From Lama glama (taxonomy: Eukaryota), in NCBI GenBank assembly GCA_028534125.1, contig CM052817.1:18168001-18232000 (forward strand): a stretch of 64,000 nt of DNA. The letters are read 5' to 3'. The notes under the pieces were generated by a model that saw only the letters and a program-made list of their open reading frames with translations, searched no databases and was not told where the DNA came from. Made by a program: the position numbers and the translations under genes. This document shows positions 50,701-64,000 of this stretch, piece by piece. Every line of letters starts with the position of its first letter. Position 1 is the stretch's first letter.

Positions 50701-51129
50701 TCATGGTCTGATTTGTAGTTTCTTGTGAGATAGAATCCTGTCATCCTGGTCAGGCTCTGGATTGTTTCCTTCTGGGTCAAGTGTCTGCCCTTTGATCACA
50801 TAGCCATAGCAGTGAGTGATAGGTCAAAGGAGGGGTGACTGGCATTCAGAGATCCACACTAATGTTGGTAGGAGTTCTCAGGGAAGGAGGTAGAGGCTGA
50901 ATATAGAGTCCCAGAATATTTCTATACTAGCATATATCGGATTTCATTAAAGCAGTATCAAAAAATAACTGCACAAATACAAGATACAAATATAAATACA
51001 AATGCAATAAACCTAAAACATAAGCAGTAAAAATAAATACAAGAAATAACAGCACAAATACAAAACACAAGTATAAAATGCAAATGTTATAGGTGCAAGG
51101 AACTGAAATCAGCTTATCATTTAAAAAGT

Positions 51130-51515
51130 AACTGCCTTCAAGTTTATTAAAGTCAAGGAAAGACTGATGAACTATTCTAAATTTAAGGAGACTAAAGGGA
51201 CGTGTGGACTAAATATAACACATGGTCCTAGATTGAATGCTTTTGCTACAAAGAATATCATTGAGGCAACTGGAGAAATTATATGTATTCTGTGGATTAG
51301 ACAGTATGGAGTAGAGAGTATCAGTGTTAATTTCCTAATTTTTATGGTCATGCCATGACTATATAGTATAACATTATGTTTATAGGAAAACATGATGAGT
51401 TATTCAGTGGTAATGAGACAACATGCTTATAATTTATTCTCAAATGATTCAGAGGGTGAGGGGGAGCTTTTTGTTGTTCTGCAACTTTTGAAAGTATTTC
51501 AAAATAAAAAGTAAC
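51130..51515 (+). mobile_element. Old L1MC-like 3' end
   Basis: aaggaaagactgatgaactattc...tatcagtgttaatttcctaattttt...gcaacttttgaaagtatttcaaaataaaaagt. Confidence 0.55.
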
Positions 51516-54405
51516 TTTCTGAAACTGAATATGTAGGTTCTATAATGTACCAGAAGATCTGAGTGAATGTTTTTGAAAAGATAATTCAGTAGTCATGTGT
51601 TATTGAGCACTCCTTTATTTGTGTCATCAATTCAGGCTTTCTACAGTAGGTTTGCAGAATAGGATATGTTTACCAAAGAACTCTATATTATTTGCTGTAC
51701 ATTATTTGAAGACTTACTTCATTGGATTTCAGAATCTATTTTCAGATCTCTTAATTCATGGATTTCAGTGAATAAGAAGTATTTGTCATTTGCTCATGAG
51801 TTTTCAGTTACAGGTGATTCTTTTAAGAATTTCTCTACTAGCCTGCCTTATTTCTAAAATTTACAATTTTCTGTGAAGTTTTAGAAGTTTGAGCAGTCAC
51901 AGTGGTCTGCACTTCTGTAGTATATTGGGAAGAGGATTTAATGGACACTGATGGTTTTTAGTGTATTTGGTTTAGTTAAATATTTTCCAACATTTCAACA
52001 TAAAGTGATTCTAATTGTAGTGTTTTCTAATCATATTTTGTGATCAGATGTTGAAGATAGAGGAGATATAAAATATACTTTTAAGTTTTATGAATATATT
52101 TTTGTGTTATCTTGGGACTTGTGTTTTAAAACAGAAGTAAGTATATATTAATGTTTAAATGATAATTCCAGGGAAAATATAATTTGGTGTATTTTTGTTT
52201 TCACCCAACTTTCTTAGGAGCCAGACAGTCCTTTTACATAAGCAAGTACACTATAGATATCTTTATAAGCTTTTTTAAAATTTCCTTTTTTGATATCTTA
52301 ATTCTTTTATTTTGTTAATCACATATTTTGGTAGATATTTATACACTTCTTCTGGGCTCTCAAAAAAAAATAGTTCAGTAGCTAGGATGTGACATCAGTT
52401 TATATATGATAATTAGCTTTATTTTCTGAAATATTTGATCCCCAAACCACAGAACTCTACTTCTGGATTCTTTATGTTCATGTGGTGAAAAGAATTTCCT
52501 AGGACATTGTTTTTTTAAATGTATCACATAAATGAAACAGTTTCCATTTGTTCCAACTGACTGGACCATTTCCAAGACAGGCTTCCTCTCTGCTCTCTAA
52601 GTCATCATGTTTTTCAATCTAGAATTTCTCTCTAGCTCTTGGAACTATTCCAAAATAGGGGCAGTTTCTGAGCATCTCAGTGGCAATGATTTTTTCTAGG
52701 TATATCTACAGGATTCTGAAAAGATTGGTCAGGAAGAGGAAGAGGGATGGGCAGAAATAGGGAAATAGAAATGGGAGGAGTGGAGGCAATGAGGCAGGCC
52801 CCTTTAAAGATAACTTTAAAAGGAGGCATTTAGGAAAAAAGAGTAAGACACTGTTTAAAACAGCAGAAAATATAAGTGCTAGAGTAGACCTTCTAGATGA
52901 ATGCTTTTCAAATTACCTGTGGTGAGGGACCAGATTTTTCATGTTCAGTTCATTATGAATAGGACCTACATGGTAAGTACATTTGCCACTTACTTGAGTC
53001 AAATTCTTTGAAAACATTGTCTAATTGCTGTAAAAGTTTCTAAATTCTGAAATTCCTCCACTTGTCTGTATGCCGTACACTGGTGTCAGTTTGCTGACTG
53101 ACAGTAGGCTGCAGACCACATGTTGAGTGGTGGTGTTTTCCCTAAAACCTTGTTTCTTCATTTTGCACCCAAGGTTATTTAGCTAAGAAAAGTGAAATGA
53201 TTTTCTCTATATTACACAACTATTAAATTTTTCTTTTTTTAATTTCAGTAGAGGATAACTCTACTCAAAAGCAACATTTGGTCTTTTGTCTGATGATAAT
53301 ATTCATTGTGTGTATATAAAAGTCAGAAAAATACGCCTTTAGGGTTTGGGGCTGTAAGATTCTCACTTTCTGCATTACAGATTTCTGAAATAATCTTGTG
53401 TGTGATCTTACACTTTTGGAATCAGAAAAAAATCAATAAAGATACAAAGCAAAACAAGAAACATCAGAAATACTGAGACAGAAAAAGCATAATAATAAAA
53501 AAAAACAGTATTAGTTTCATAAAATTAAAGTAATGGGTTAATATGGGGGAAGCATCAAAAGATAAGGCCTAAAAGATTGTCAGGGATGGGGTTGGAAAAT
53601 GGTATGTAATTCATAAAAAGAAGTTTGCATTTTATTTGGTAGACAATGGGGAGCAATTGAGGAATTTTATATAATGAAGTAATACAGAGTAGGTTGGTTT
53701 GTAGCAAGAAAATTTTAGTGTTTTCTCTCTCTATATATTTTAAAGTAAGATTAAGAGGATCTACTTCAGTTTTGTAAAATACCTTAGTTTTAAACACTGT
53801 AATTGAACTGTAAATAATGACTTAAAAGATAGGAGAACATAGAAATAATGATGCAGAAATTGAGATTAGCATTTATTGTGTTCTGAAATACCCCGTCACT
53901 AAAAAGTTAGTAAAAATGTATAATATTGAGGTAGTATATGATGCTGTTGAGCATAACTGTACTGCTTGGGTTGGAAACTCTCATCTCTGATGTTCATTGT
54001 TTTTTCAACTTTGGACAAATTCCTTAACCTCTTTGGATCTTGGTTTTCTCATCTATAAAACGATGATACATAATACTTTCCTTATAGAACTGTCATGAAG
54101 TTAAATGACTTCTCTCTCAGTGTGTGTGTGTATAGATAGGACGTATTTATCATATAATGTAGAATAGTGCGTGATAATGAACATTAAACAGGTACTTTTA
54201 CTGCTGTCGTTGCTGTGGTTAGAAGGCATCACATTAAGTAAATTTCATACACTTGCAAGAATAATGTGAGTATAAAATACCAACAATGTACCAGTTATTA
54301 TCTGAAAATCACCAGCCACTGGATTTCAAATTTTCTTTCTTTCTGTTTTATAAAGAAGAAAATAGTGAATTTAAGTATACTTAACTTAGTGCATTCTCTT
54401 TATAG

Positions 54406-54579
<174 letters not shown>

Positions 54580-55216
54580 TAACTCACTAATTGCAAAAAA
54601 CCAAAAAATCAAATAACATTTCTCTGAGGATATTTATATTTTAGTAAATAATTGTTCCATTTTTGATTTTGAACTATGGTTTTCATTTTTCTTAGGATTT
54701 ATTGAGGGTCAGCCTGTCAGATAATTTAATACCTTATACTAGAATAAATAAGATAATGCATGTCTTAGAGCTTAAAGTTGTAGAGCATTGTTTCATCTGT
54801 TAAATGGCATTATTGTAAAAGATTTATCAGATAAACATATGGATCCCAAAGTTTTCTTTTCACTTAAGGAAAACAGTTCCTAAAGTCTTTAGAAGGCACA
54901 GAAGTTTCAACCCTTTCCTTAAGTAAACCCTTTATGAAGTTTTCTAATAGCGCATGATAGAGTTGTGTAATTTACGTTTTGTCCCTTTTCCAACTTGTAA
55001 GTCCTCAAGCTGTCTTATGCATAGCAGTTGTTTGGGGCCGGAAAAATGTATGACCTAAAACCTTAGCTTGATCCCTAGTACTAGAAAACTGCTTAAAAAA
55101 AAAAGTCTGTTAAGCTTTTTCTTTTTTTTTTTTGGTAACAGAGTCAACCAAGATGTCTTTTTCTAATGTTTCTATTCTTTTATCAAAGTCAAGAAATTAT
55201 GTTGTAGCATGTATTT

Positions 55217-55354
55217 TTTCAAATTTTAATTTTTTTAGGGGGGTAGGTAATTAGTTTTATTTCTTTATTTATTTTTAATGGAGGTAGTGGGTATTGAACC
55301 CAGGACCTCATGCATGCTAAGCACGTGCTCTGCCACTGAGCTATACCCTCCCCC
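55217..55354 (-). mobile_element. tRNA-Ala-derived SINE (Vic-1-like, camelid) with TSD
   Basis: Minus strand GGGGGAGGGTATAGCTCAGTGGCAGAGCACGTGCTTAGCATGCATGAGGTCCTGGGTTCAATACCC. TSD tgtagcat(g/a)tattt at 55203-55216 and 55355-55368. Confidence 0.92.
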
Positions 55355-58300
55355 TGTAGCATATATTTCACTCTGCAAATTTGAATAATGAAATGAGATT
55401 AAAAAGAAGCTGGGGGTAGATTACCAAGTAAGAGTATGAAGAAATAATAATGTTTACTAGACTGTCAGTGGTAACATTTGGGAAACTATTCCGTTAATGT
55501 TCAGTATTTTTATTAATGTAGAAGGTTTATAGCTTGTTTACATTTTTGTTTTCACTTTTTGAAAGAGGCATCTGATGAAATACTCCGAGAAGAAGAAAAA
55601 GAAAGAAGGAAAAAATACCACTGACTTCAATGAAAGATACATAAACTTAAAAAAAAATCTGTCTTTTCATTTCCCTTCCCCATACCATTTTAGTGTAATA
55701 TGAACATGGGTGGGAATAGGAATAAATGAGTATAAATTTCATGCAGGAAAGTGCTAGAATGGTTGAAAACTCAATAAGACAGTCTGTTTATATGAGAACT
55801 CAGCACTGTGTAGGTATTAGTAAAGGACTGAGAAATCCATCATGGAGTCTGTTGCTACTAGCGTATTTTAAATTCGGGGTTTGTGATAAGTTGAATGGCG
55901 CCCACTTAACTATGTTTGAATGGACAAAAAAAGATTTGACCACTTCTCACTACCTGTTGTGCCACCACCCTGCTTCAGCCCCCATCTCTTTCCTGGATAA
56001 TTGCAGTAGCTGCCTAGGGATTTCCCTGTGTATACTTGTGTTCTTCACTTAGCAGAGTAATCTACTTAAAATATAAATCAAATTTGCTCGTAGTCTGTAT
56101 TGGCTCAGAGTAAAAGCCAGAATCTTTACAAAGGTCTGTAAGACTCTACATGATCTGCCCTCCACATACCGTCTTCTCTTCCTTTCCTGTCCTGTCCATC
56201 CCTCTCACTGTGCTCTGTCCCAGCTGGACTCCTTACTATTCTGCAGCTGCAGGAATGCTGATGTCCTCTTGGCTAACTCCCTTAACTCTTTTATTACCTC
56301 AGTGCTTTTTCTCTCCCTGAGGCTTGCTCTGACAACTCCGTTTAAAATTGCAGACCACACCCTCCCTACCGCCTTTGTTTTTTGGCACTCTTGTTGATCT
56401 CTGTTCCTGCTTCACACTTTTTTCATGTCCTGTATCACCTTCTAAGATATAATACATTTGACTTATTTGTTATGTTTATCTTCTCTCCCAGGCCCCCCAA
56501 GAATGTAAGTCTCAGAGAGTAGGAGTGGGGAAGAGTTTTTGTCTATTTTATGTATTAGTCTGTCCCAAATTTGAGAGGATTCTGCCCTCAGATCCCATTT
56601 TGATTTCCCACCCTCGTGTGTTTTGGGAATCTTTTGTGATTTATAAGAATGTTTGTTCGGTTTTAGCTTAGCCGCTTATATCTCTTTTCCCCTAGGCTTT
56701 CGCCTTAATTCCTGCCTCCTAAAATTTTACCATTGTGATGGTGAAAAGACTTCCCCCTAAGTCTTTAAAGAATTAGCCTCAGTTATCTGCTCTGTGCTTC
56801 TTTTTCTCCTAACCCCAGCCTCTCATACAACCTTCTCAGGTGATCAGGGCTTGGAAAGAGTAGTCTTAGGGCTCCCACTGAAACAGCAGCAAGAGAAGGA
56901 AGCGTTGGGTGAAATAAACTGCTACCAGAAGCTTTACAGTAACCTAATTGACTTTCTTAGTATTATTTCTCTCAATTGACTTTACCATGTCACACACTTT
57001 ATTTGTTAAAGGGCTCATGTAAAGGCAGGGCATTATTGCTGGACCAGTGGTTCTAAAGTCATAGCCTGGAGGTATCTCAGGGACAAGTCATGATAAATGT
57101 GTAGTTCTGCTTTCATCTGGTGTATTTTATTTCTGTTTAAGATTTCTCCTGGGAAACAGAAATTCTTCTGAAAAGGTTTGGAAACTGCTTATAAAGAGAT
57201 TAAAATGCAACAATATGTCATTTAAATATGTAATTTAAATTTAAAATTTAGTTGAATATGATTACAGATACATGCACAGGCACACACACATATGTTTGCA
57301 CACACAAACATGCAGTCATACTTTGCCCATCATTGTTGTCTCCATTGCCTAGAGCAGTGCCTTACTTACTTTGATATTCAGTAAATATTTGTTGAATGAA
57401 TGTACAATACCTGATGAGCATTGGATACTCAGTAATTCAGTTCATCAAATACTTTGATTACAAGCATTTCTGCTGTAATGAAATATATGCATTCCTGAAA
57501 AACTTGCACTTTGTAAAATTATGAACTTAAAAATTAGAGTGTATGGAAAAAATTGGGTTGAAACAGGCTACTCAAAACCTATGCAGGTTTGTAATCAGAA
57601 CACTAACAATATTAATAAAAATACTAGCACAGGTACAAAAAGTGTGTTAAATTCCTAATCAGTAAATACTATAGTATATTATAGGACTTTACCTTAAAAA
57701 AGTAAGTAAATATGACCTACTAGAAAGAGATACTGAGGTTGCTACATTTAAGAAGGGCAACGTGCACAAAAATAAGAGCTGAGCAACAAGCATTTCTAAG
57801 ACAGAGGCTGTGGCCAGATTGAACTAAGAGGAGGAAGGAATGGTGAGCAGACATATCGTGTTCACAGGTTTGCTGTCTTGGTGGTCTTCATATTTTGTAT
57901 TCATTTGCTGTTACTTGGTGATGTAGAATGATAACACCTGAGGAATAGTCACTGGTGAACTGATGTGACTTTTATATTAACATGATTCCTTTTTACCAGT
58001 TGCAGGTAAGCTAATTCATGCTACAGCTACAATGTAGCATAATAGGTTGTTATCTATTATGAACTAAGCAGACATTAGATCCTGAGTATTAAAGGTGAGC
58101 TAAATGCATCTCTGGGCTATAAGGAGTAAGTAGCTGAGTGGGAAGAACAAAGTAAACAAATAGTTGCAACATATGTGATGTGTACAGTAATAGAAGTAAG
58201 TGTCAGATATGGAGATAGCCCACTGGAAGGACTAATGAACTCTCTGGTAGGATAGTACCCAGAAGGTAGTGTTTGCCATAGGCTGTTAGGGTCGACCAGG

Positions 58301-59179
58301 AGTTCTAGAAGGGGATAAGGAGCTAGACCATAAATGGTAACCCCCTTATAGCCCCTTCATCAGTTACCTGAAAATGTGCTGGAAGTGGAGGTAGCACACT
58401 ACAGGAAGTGTGTGGGCTTTCAAGCTATGCAAATTTAAATCCTGGCCCTTCTGTTTATGAAGATTAAGACATTTGGCACATTTAAAAATTCACTTATAGG
58501 ATGCAGTTCTTGTGTGATATAAATGAGTAATGTAATGAAACTGCCTGGCGTAATTCCTGGCAATACCAGATAGGCACTTATTAAGTGTTGACTTACTTAT
58601 CGTGTAAAAATGATGAATGAACTAAAATGTTCAGCTCTAAAGTTTTTAAGGTTTTTGATTCAGTCTTATAATATTCATCAATAAAATGGACAGGTATATT
58701 TGGCTGAATACTCATGATTGTAGTGTGCAATTCTCTGGAGGGTGAAATGTACCTGAGGTCTTTATGGAATGTTGTCATTGGGGGAAAAGTAAAATTATGT
58801 TCCTCAGAAATTGATCTTGATCTCATACAGAAAAACTTCAAAATGACCTGAATGTACTTTTGTGTGTGTGTGTGTTTGTGAGAATTCTTGGTTAGTTTGT
58901 ATATGGCAACAGTCTGATGCAAATGAAAGCCATTTTAAAAACTAGTATTAGATTTCAGACAGATTTCTATTAACTGGATCAGTTGTAAAAATTATTGAAT
59001 GCAGCAATTAAATGATAGATACCTAGCAAAGGAAAATATAGATAGAAAATTATTGGTTATGTATAAGATTTAGGGACCACAGTAGATAAAAAACTGATTA
59101 AGTAATGTACTGTTTTTAAAAATGATAACTCATTGAGTTAAATAGTTATTATAACATGAGACAGCTATGAGGTAATCTT

Positions 59180-59540
59180 TCCATCCTGTTCAGCACGGGT
59201 CTTATCTTACCTAAGGTCACTGTGTAATTTTGGGCTTTACAAATTGAATAGACATTTGGAAGATTTGCAGGGGGTTTGTTATTGGCTTTTGTTGTTGTTA
59301 GAAATTTAAAGGAACTGAAATTGCCTGAGAGAATGAAAAATGCAGGCATTTAATACTGGTTTTCAAGTGTATATAAAGCCTAGCTCTAGAGAAATGACCA
59401 AAGTGTTTTCTTTCTGTTTAGGAAAGCAAAAATGTAAATGTTACATAGAAGGAAATATAAAGGGAAAGAATTCCTGACCTATGGGTGTTAAGTTTCTAAA
59501 AGTAAGGAGGATTATGACTATTTCCTTTATATAGATCCTT
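59180..59540 (+). mobile_element. Possible CR1/L3 remnant
   Basis: Faint CR1-like motifs actgtgtaattttgggc, aaaggaactgaaattgcctgagaga, gttttcaagtgtat, aagaattcctgac. Confidence 0.35.
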
Positions 59541-62500
59541 AATATTGATACAGATTTTTTTCGGAGTGTGAAAGTTTAAGTTGAACTCTAAATCTTGATG
59601 AAATCTACCAGCTTATTTAGGTCTATGCTATTGGTTCCAATGAGACTGGAATGTAAAAAAATGTAAAAGGATCAGTGCAGATAGTTTGGGATTATCAGAA
59701 GAGTAACTCAAAATATAGACCTTGTAGATGATAAAAGTAGTAGTATCTTTGTGGCATCCATCAACACAATGTTTGCTTGTATGTTTACAGTATGCATGGC
59801 AGTCACTATAGTGGGGTACTTAGTATAAGATAAGGCCTTTCTCCTCCAGGAGCTTACAGTACTGTTACCTGTGCAGAGATGAACTGTTAAATAACAATAC
59901 TGGAAGGGTCGATTAAATGCTAGGTAAGTGGTTCTATTATTGGAATTTAAAGGAATGAATAGATTTATTATGGGGAAGTCTTCATTTTTGCTGATGACTC
60001 TTCTGCAGAATTTTGAAAGAGAGAAAATTTTCCTACAGAGAAGTGATAAAGAAGAGATATATAGGTTAGCACATTAAAATGAATAAATGGATAGATGTAA
60101 GTCCAGACTTTAGTCCTAAATCCCTCAAAAGAGCACAATTTACAAGTCAGAAATGTGATTTTTTAGTGTATGAGTTAAGAATACATCACTGATTTAATAT
60201 GTCTTTTGGTATTAACGTGCAGTGCTTAACCTTTCTGTGTCTTAGTTTTGTCATCTGTTAAATGCTGGTAAAGGTTGTCTACAACATCAGATTGTTAAGG
60301 ATGAAATGAATTTATACATGTAAGGTACTTAGAGCAGTGCCCACCACATAGCAAGTGCTCAATGATTAGCCCTTGTACTAGTGTTCTTGTCAGATAAATG
60401 TGAACATGGCTTGTGGGGGACGTTGGAGATTGATACTGCTGGAAGAGGCATCTGGGCTGGGGAATAGTAGAAATGGGGCTAGTCAGAGAGGGAGACCAGA
60501 CTAGTGAGCCTTGCTGATTAAATCTGATGAGCTTCTTTAAGAGTGACAAGTAAGATTCTATTGATAATACTGAGTGGTAGTGGTTGCCTGGAGCAGCACT
60601 TTATTGAGGATTCTTGATCTGTGTCTGGTCTCAGTAGCAAAGAAGGATATTATTATAGAAATCATTGGTTGGCAGTATTTACTATGTGTGTGGGAAGTTA
60701 TGTAGCGTATTTTAACATTTTTATCATCATTGTACTAAATGTTAGCTGTTACAGCGTCTTGTTTTAGAAAACCTTCTATAGGAGAGGTATAGGATAATGA
60801 ATTCACTATGGGCCTGAAAACTAGCTTTGAATTTAATATAATGTGAACTTGAGTGGAAAGAATGAAAATACACAGGTACTGAAGATACACAGATGAAGGA
60901 TATGTTTCTGTCCTCCACCTGTCTACAGTCTGTTACTTGAAGAAAGGTCTGTTGACGGGTAATTAAAGGCTGCGATCCTGTCTGTAGCTGAGATAGGTAG
61001 TAGGCACTGTGGGATTATAGAAGAAGAAATACGTCATTTTGCAGAAGTCAGGTAAGGCAAGAGGAGTTAGTTGCACTTAAAGGGACATTTACCTTTCATC
61101 TCTTGTCACCCCTTCACTGGGAAGCACTCTGCTAGATTAATAGCTTTCAGGATATTTATAATTAGTATAGCACATTTAAAAAACTCAAGGCTCTTAATGT
61201 GCTTCAAATGCTTGTGCTGTTTTGCTAACTCAGGTTTTTAACACTTTTGACTTTTATATAATACTTCTAGTTCTAGGAGAAATTGTTAGCTGTCTATAGA
61301 GGTACTGGGTTTTCATTGTCCACAGGAAGTGGTTTATACAAGGGAAGGCCTGTTCTTGAGGTAGAATCTAGTTTCAGAATGACAAATGTCATTATTTGCA
61401 CCACTAACAAAGGCTCTTGTAGTCAGTTTCTGGTGTGTAGTGAATAGGTGACACAAACATATTGTTCATTTGTTCTATCAGACAACATTTAAGTGTGCTT
61501 AATGTAAGTTTTTGCCATAAGAGTACCATAAAGATTACTTCATCAATTTGTAAATTGCTTGATCAATTTGCAGAACACTTCTGTATTAATCAGAATTGAT
61601 TTTTGTACTTTGTATAAATTGTATTCCTTATTCCTTTATAATCAAGTAACTTTACTTTTAGCATATGATTATCTGAATGAGTTCGGAGCACTCACAATAA
61701 ATTGCTAATCCTTCTTAATCATCATCCATGTTAGTATTTCTGTCTCTCTGTTCCCTTAATTTCAGATCTCTTCATCAGGGCTAACTGTTTTAGTTTTTAT
61801 TATATTAGCTATCTTCATTCCTATTTCTCTTTCTCTTTTATTGTTGACACCCTTCCTCTTACTTCAGGAAACTTGAGTTTTAGAGATTTAGGGTCATTGC
61901 ATGTACTGATTTGCTGGGATTAATGATGCCTTTTTAATCTGTAGAAGGTACTTGACTTTGAGACAGCTCTGTCTTTCTTTATAGTTGTTTCTTGGTTTTG
62001 TCCTGAAATAGAGACCACCTCTCAGAATAGGATGCAGTCACCGACTGCCTATCACATCTCTCTGTACTTTGGGCTCTAGAAAATTTGACAATCTGTATTC
62101 TGTGTCAACGTATGAATTAGATATATTGTGAGCCTCATTTTTCTCAAATAACAAACTTTTGTATATTCATCTTAGGATGAAGCTTTTCTTATAATTTAAG
62201 GAAGTACTATTCTAAAATTGTTTGTGAATTTGCCATATTGTGGTTTTCTGTGCACCTGAATTATTCTACATTTCTCCTCTGCTATGTTCACAGACTCAAG
62301 GGATACCTCAAGTTTGGAGTACAGTTACAGAACCTTCTGCAGAAGGTAAAAATGAGGGCTGTCCACTTTTCATTATGATGGACTATCTAGAAAACAGTAG
62401 ACTTTCTGGAACATCTCATTCTTTCCTCTTTACCCCACCAACTGGGAATCAGTTCCACATGGATGTGTGTTATATTTTGCTTTACCAATCCTTGGTTTGG

Positions 62501-64000
62501 GAAGAGGGTGGAGAGGAGGGACTCTGGTTCAAGTTCTGGTTGTTAAAATATATGTTATTGCAGGAGATTCACTATATAAATTCTGCTTTAAGTGGAACAA
62601 ATATTTTGTTTCTGCTCTTTTAGATAAGAGGCAGGTTCACTGGTATTAGTATTTTCCCCTTCAAAGATGGTCAGTTTTACAAAAATCTTTTTTCAAACAA
62701 GTCTTATGCTTACTTGAGTTTTTTTTTTTGTCCCACTGAATATTACTTAGCAATTTAGGGCAACTGTAATAAAAATAATGCAAATTAAAAATACAATGAA
62801 AATAAAGATTTCAAAGATACTAGATAGCCATTTCAATTTGAATATGAACATGACTTATTTCTAAAACTTCTAAACATTTCTACAATTCTGGAACATGTGT
62901 GATAAAATATAGAGTAAGTCACTTAACGTGTATATGTGTCTCATACTTAAAAGTCTTTTCACTCTATGAATGGTTACTTTATTCAAATAGAGTACTAAGT
63001 GCAAATAATGTTTGTTGTCTAAACTTTGTCATCTGGTTAAGGTGCTCTTTAGTAAGAGGTCCTTCATAAGCATTCTTCTGACATTTGGCCAGTCTTCTGC
63101 TTCTCTTTTTTTTTTTTTTTTTCGCATCATTGTAAATTCTTCCAAGATTTTGAAAATGGTGGGCCATTTAGATACTTTGGATTCAGAGTGTTTAGCATCG
63201 GCTGCTTACTTAAGTAGTTAGCTTAAAATTAAGAGTCTAGATCAGTATGACAAAATGAAACAGCAAATGTCAGTTGTATTGAAGGAAATTAAGTTTTTAC
63301 TCCCATCATCAATTTTATTTCCTTACCATGTAATTAGCTAAAAAAAAAAAGTATAAAATAGTAGTTTATCACTGGGAGCCTATGGCTACTTAAGGGCTGT
63401 GTTCTAAAACAGAATTAACCATATAGAGTTGTGATTCACTCACATAAAGGTATGATAGTTAAAGTCATTTGAATTGAGAGGTCACTAAGAGAAGGAAAAG
63501 GGAAAAAAATAGCTCCCCGGGAACACTGCTAAGACAAAAACCAAGAATTAGCTAATGAAATAAATAATGGCCATCAGAGACATAAGAAGTGAGTAAAGAA
63601 GGTACAGTTTCTTGGAATTCTATAGAGCAGAGTTTTCAGGAAGTGATGGATGGTTGTATAGTTGAGGGCATAATCTGCCATATTGCAGAGTATTTGCTGA
63701 GTGCCCTCATGAAGAACTTTTAAAGTCTCTGTAATAAGAATTAGTTGTACTCCTGAGGAAATGACTGATTTTGTTTCCTTCTTTGTCTACTTTTTATAAC
63801 TATTACTAAGGATCTCGTGTATATTTTGTGCATGCTCTTAGTTTCATTCAGTTTCTGTTGTCCATTGACATCCTTCATGTTTTATTCTCTTTATATTATA
63901 TGAATCTTTGTAAGTCATTTCTTCTCTCTTTCTCTGTATCTCTCATTGAGTGATAGAGAGAGGAGAGATGAAAAGAGGCCGAGAGTGGTGATGTAGAGAA

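Larger units (their letters stand above)
17620..54405 (+). other. STIM2: STIM2 intron between the two exons (GT-AG, 36,786 bp)
   Basis: GT at 17620 and AG at 54404-54405. The exon phases are compatible and no intervening STIM2-like peptide was seen. Confidence 0.9.

Noticed and set aside
50960..51085. A-rich aaatacaa-like repeated tract
   Set aside because: Low-complexity sequence beside an old L1 3' end, with no consistent period.
54380..54405. Alternative acceptor AG at 54388-54389
   Set aside because: It lies only a few bases from the likely branch point (cttaac), upstream of the pyrimidine tract, and its use would shift the frame by 16 nt.
55280..55354. tRNA-Ala gene (also 20500-20573)
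   Set aside because: Both copies have A-rich tails and mismatched stems, and this one has a TSD. They are SINEs.
62240..62623. 127-aa + strand ORF as a further STIM2 exon or new gene
   Set aside because: Non-ATG start and no recognisable domain. The expected next STIM2 peptide (VHNWT..., SAM domain) is not seen here or elsewhere in the window.

Overview
This is AT-rich, CpG-poor mammalian genomic DNA. tRNA-Ala-derived Vic-1-type SINEs point to a camelid. The window lies inside the STIM2 gene (+ strand), an ER Ca2+ sensor. It holds two coding exons: 17489-17619 (canonical EF-hand) and 54406-54520 (hidden EF-hand region), joined in frame across a 36.8-kb intron. The rest is intron filled with transposable elements. 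The main element is a structurally complete but defective class I (gamma-like) endogenous provirus, antisense to STIM2 (34309-42729). It has two LTRs, a 4-bp TSD, a tRNA-Leu PBS, a PPT and gag-pro-pol-env remnants. A MER41-like solo LTR is nested in its protease, and the provirus itself appears to sit in an old L1 5' end. Other notable structures are a twin-primed (5'-inverted) L1 with two tandem 3' ends, an exact 32-bp templated patch inside that L1 copied from about 2 kb upstream, and several nested insertions. I found no convincing new protein-coding system: the remaining ORFs are TE remnants or chance ORFs. Repeat family names come from my recall of consensus sequences, not from a database search.
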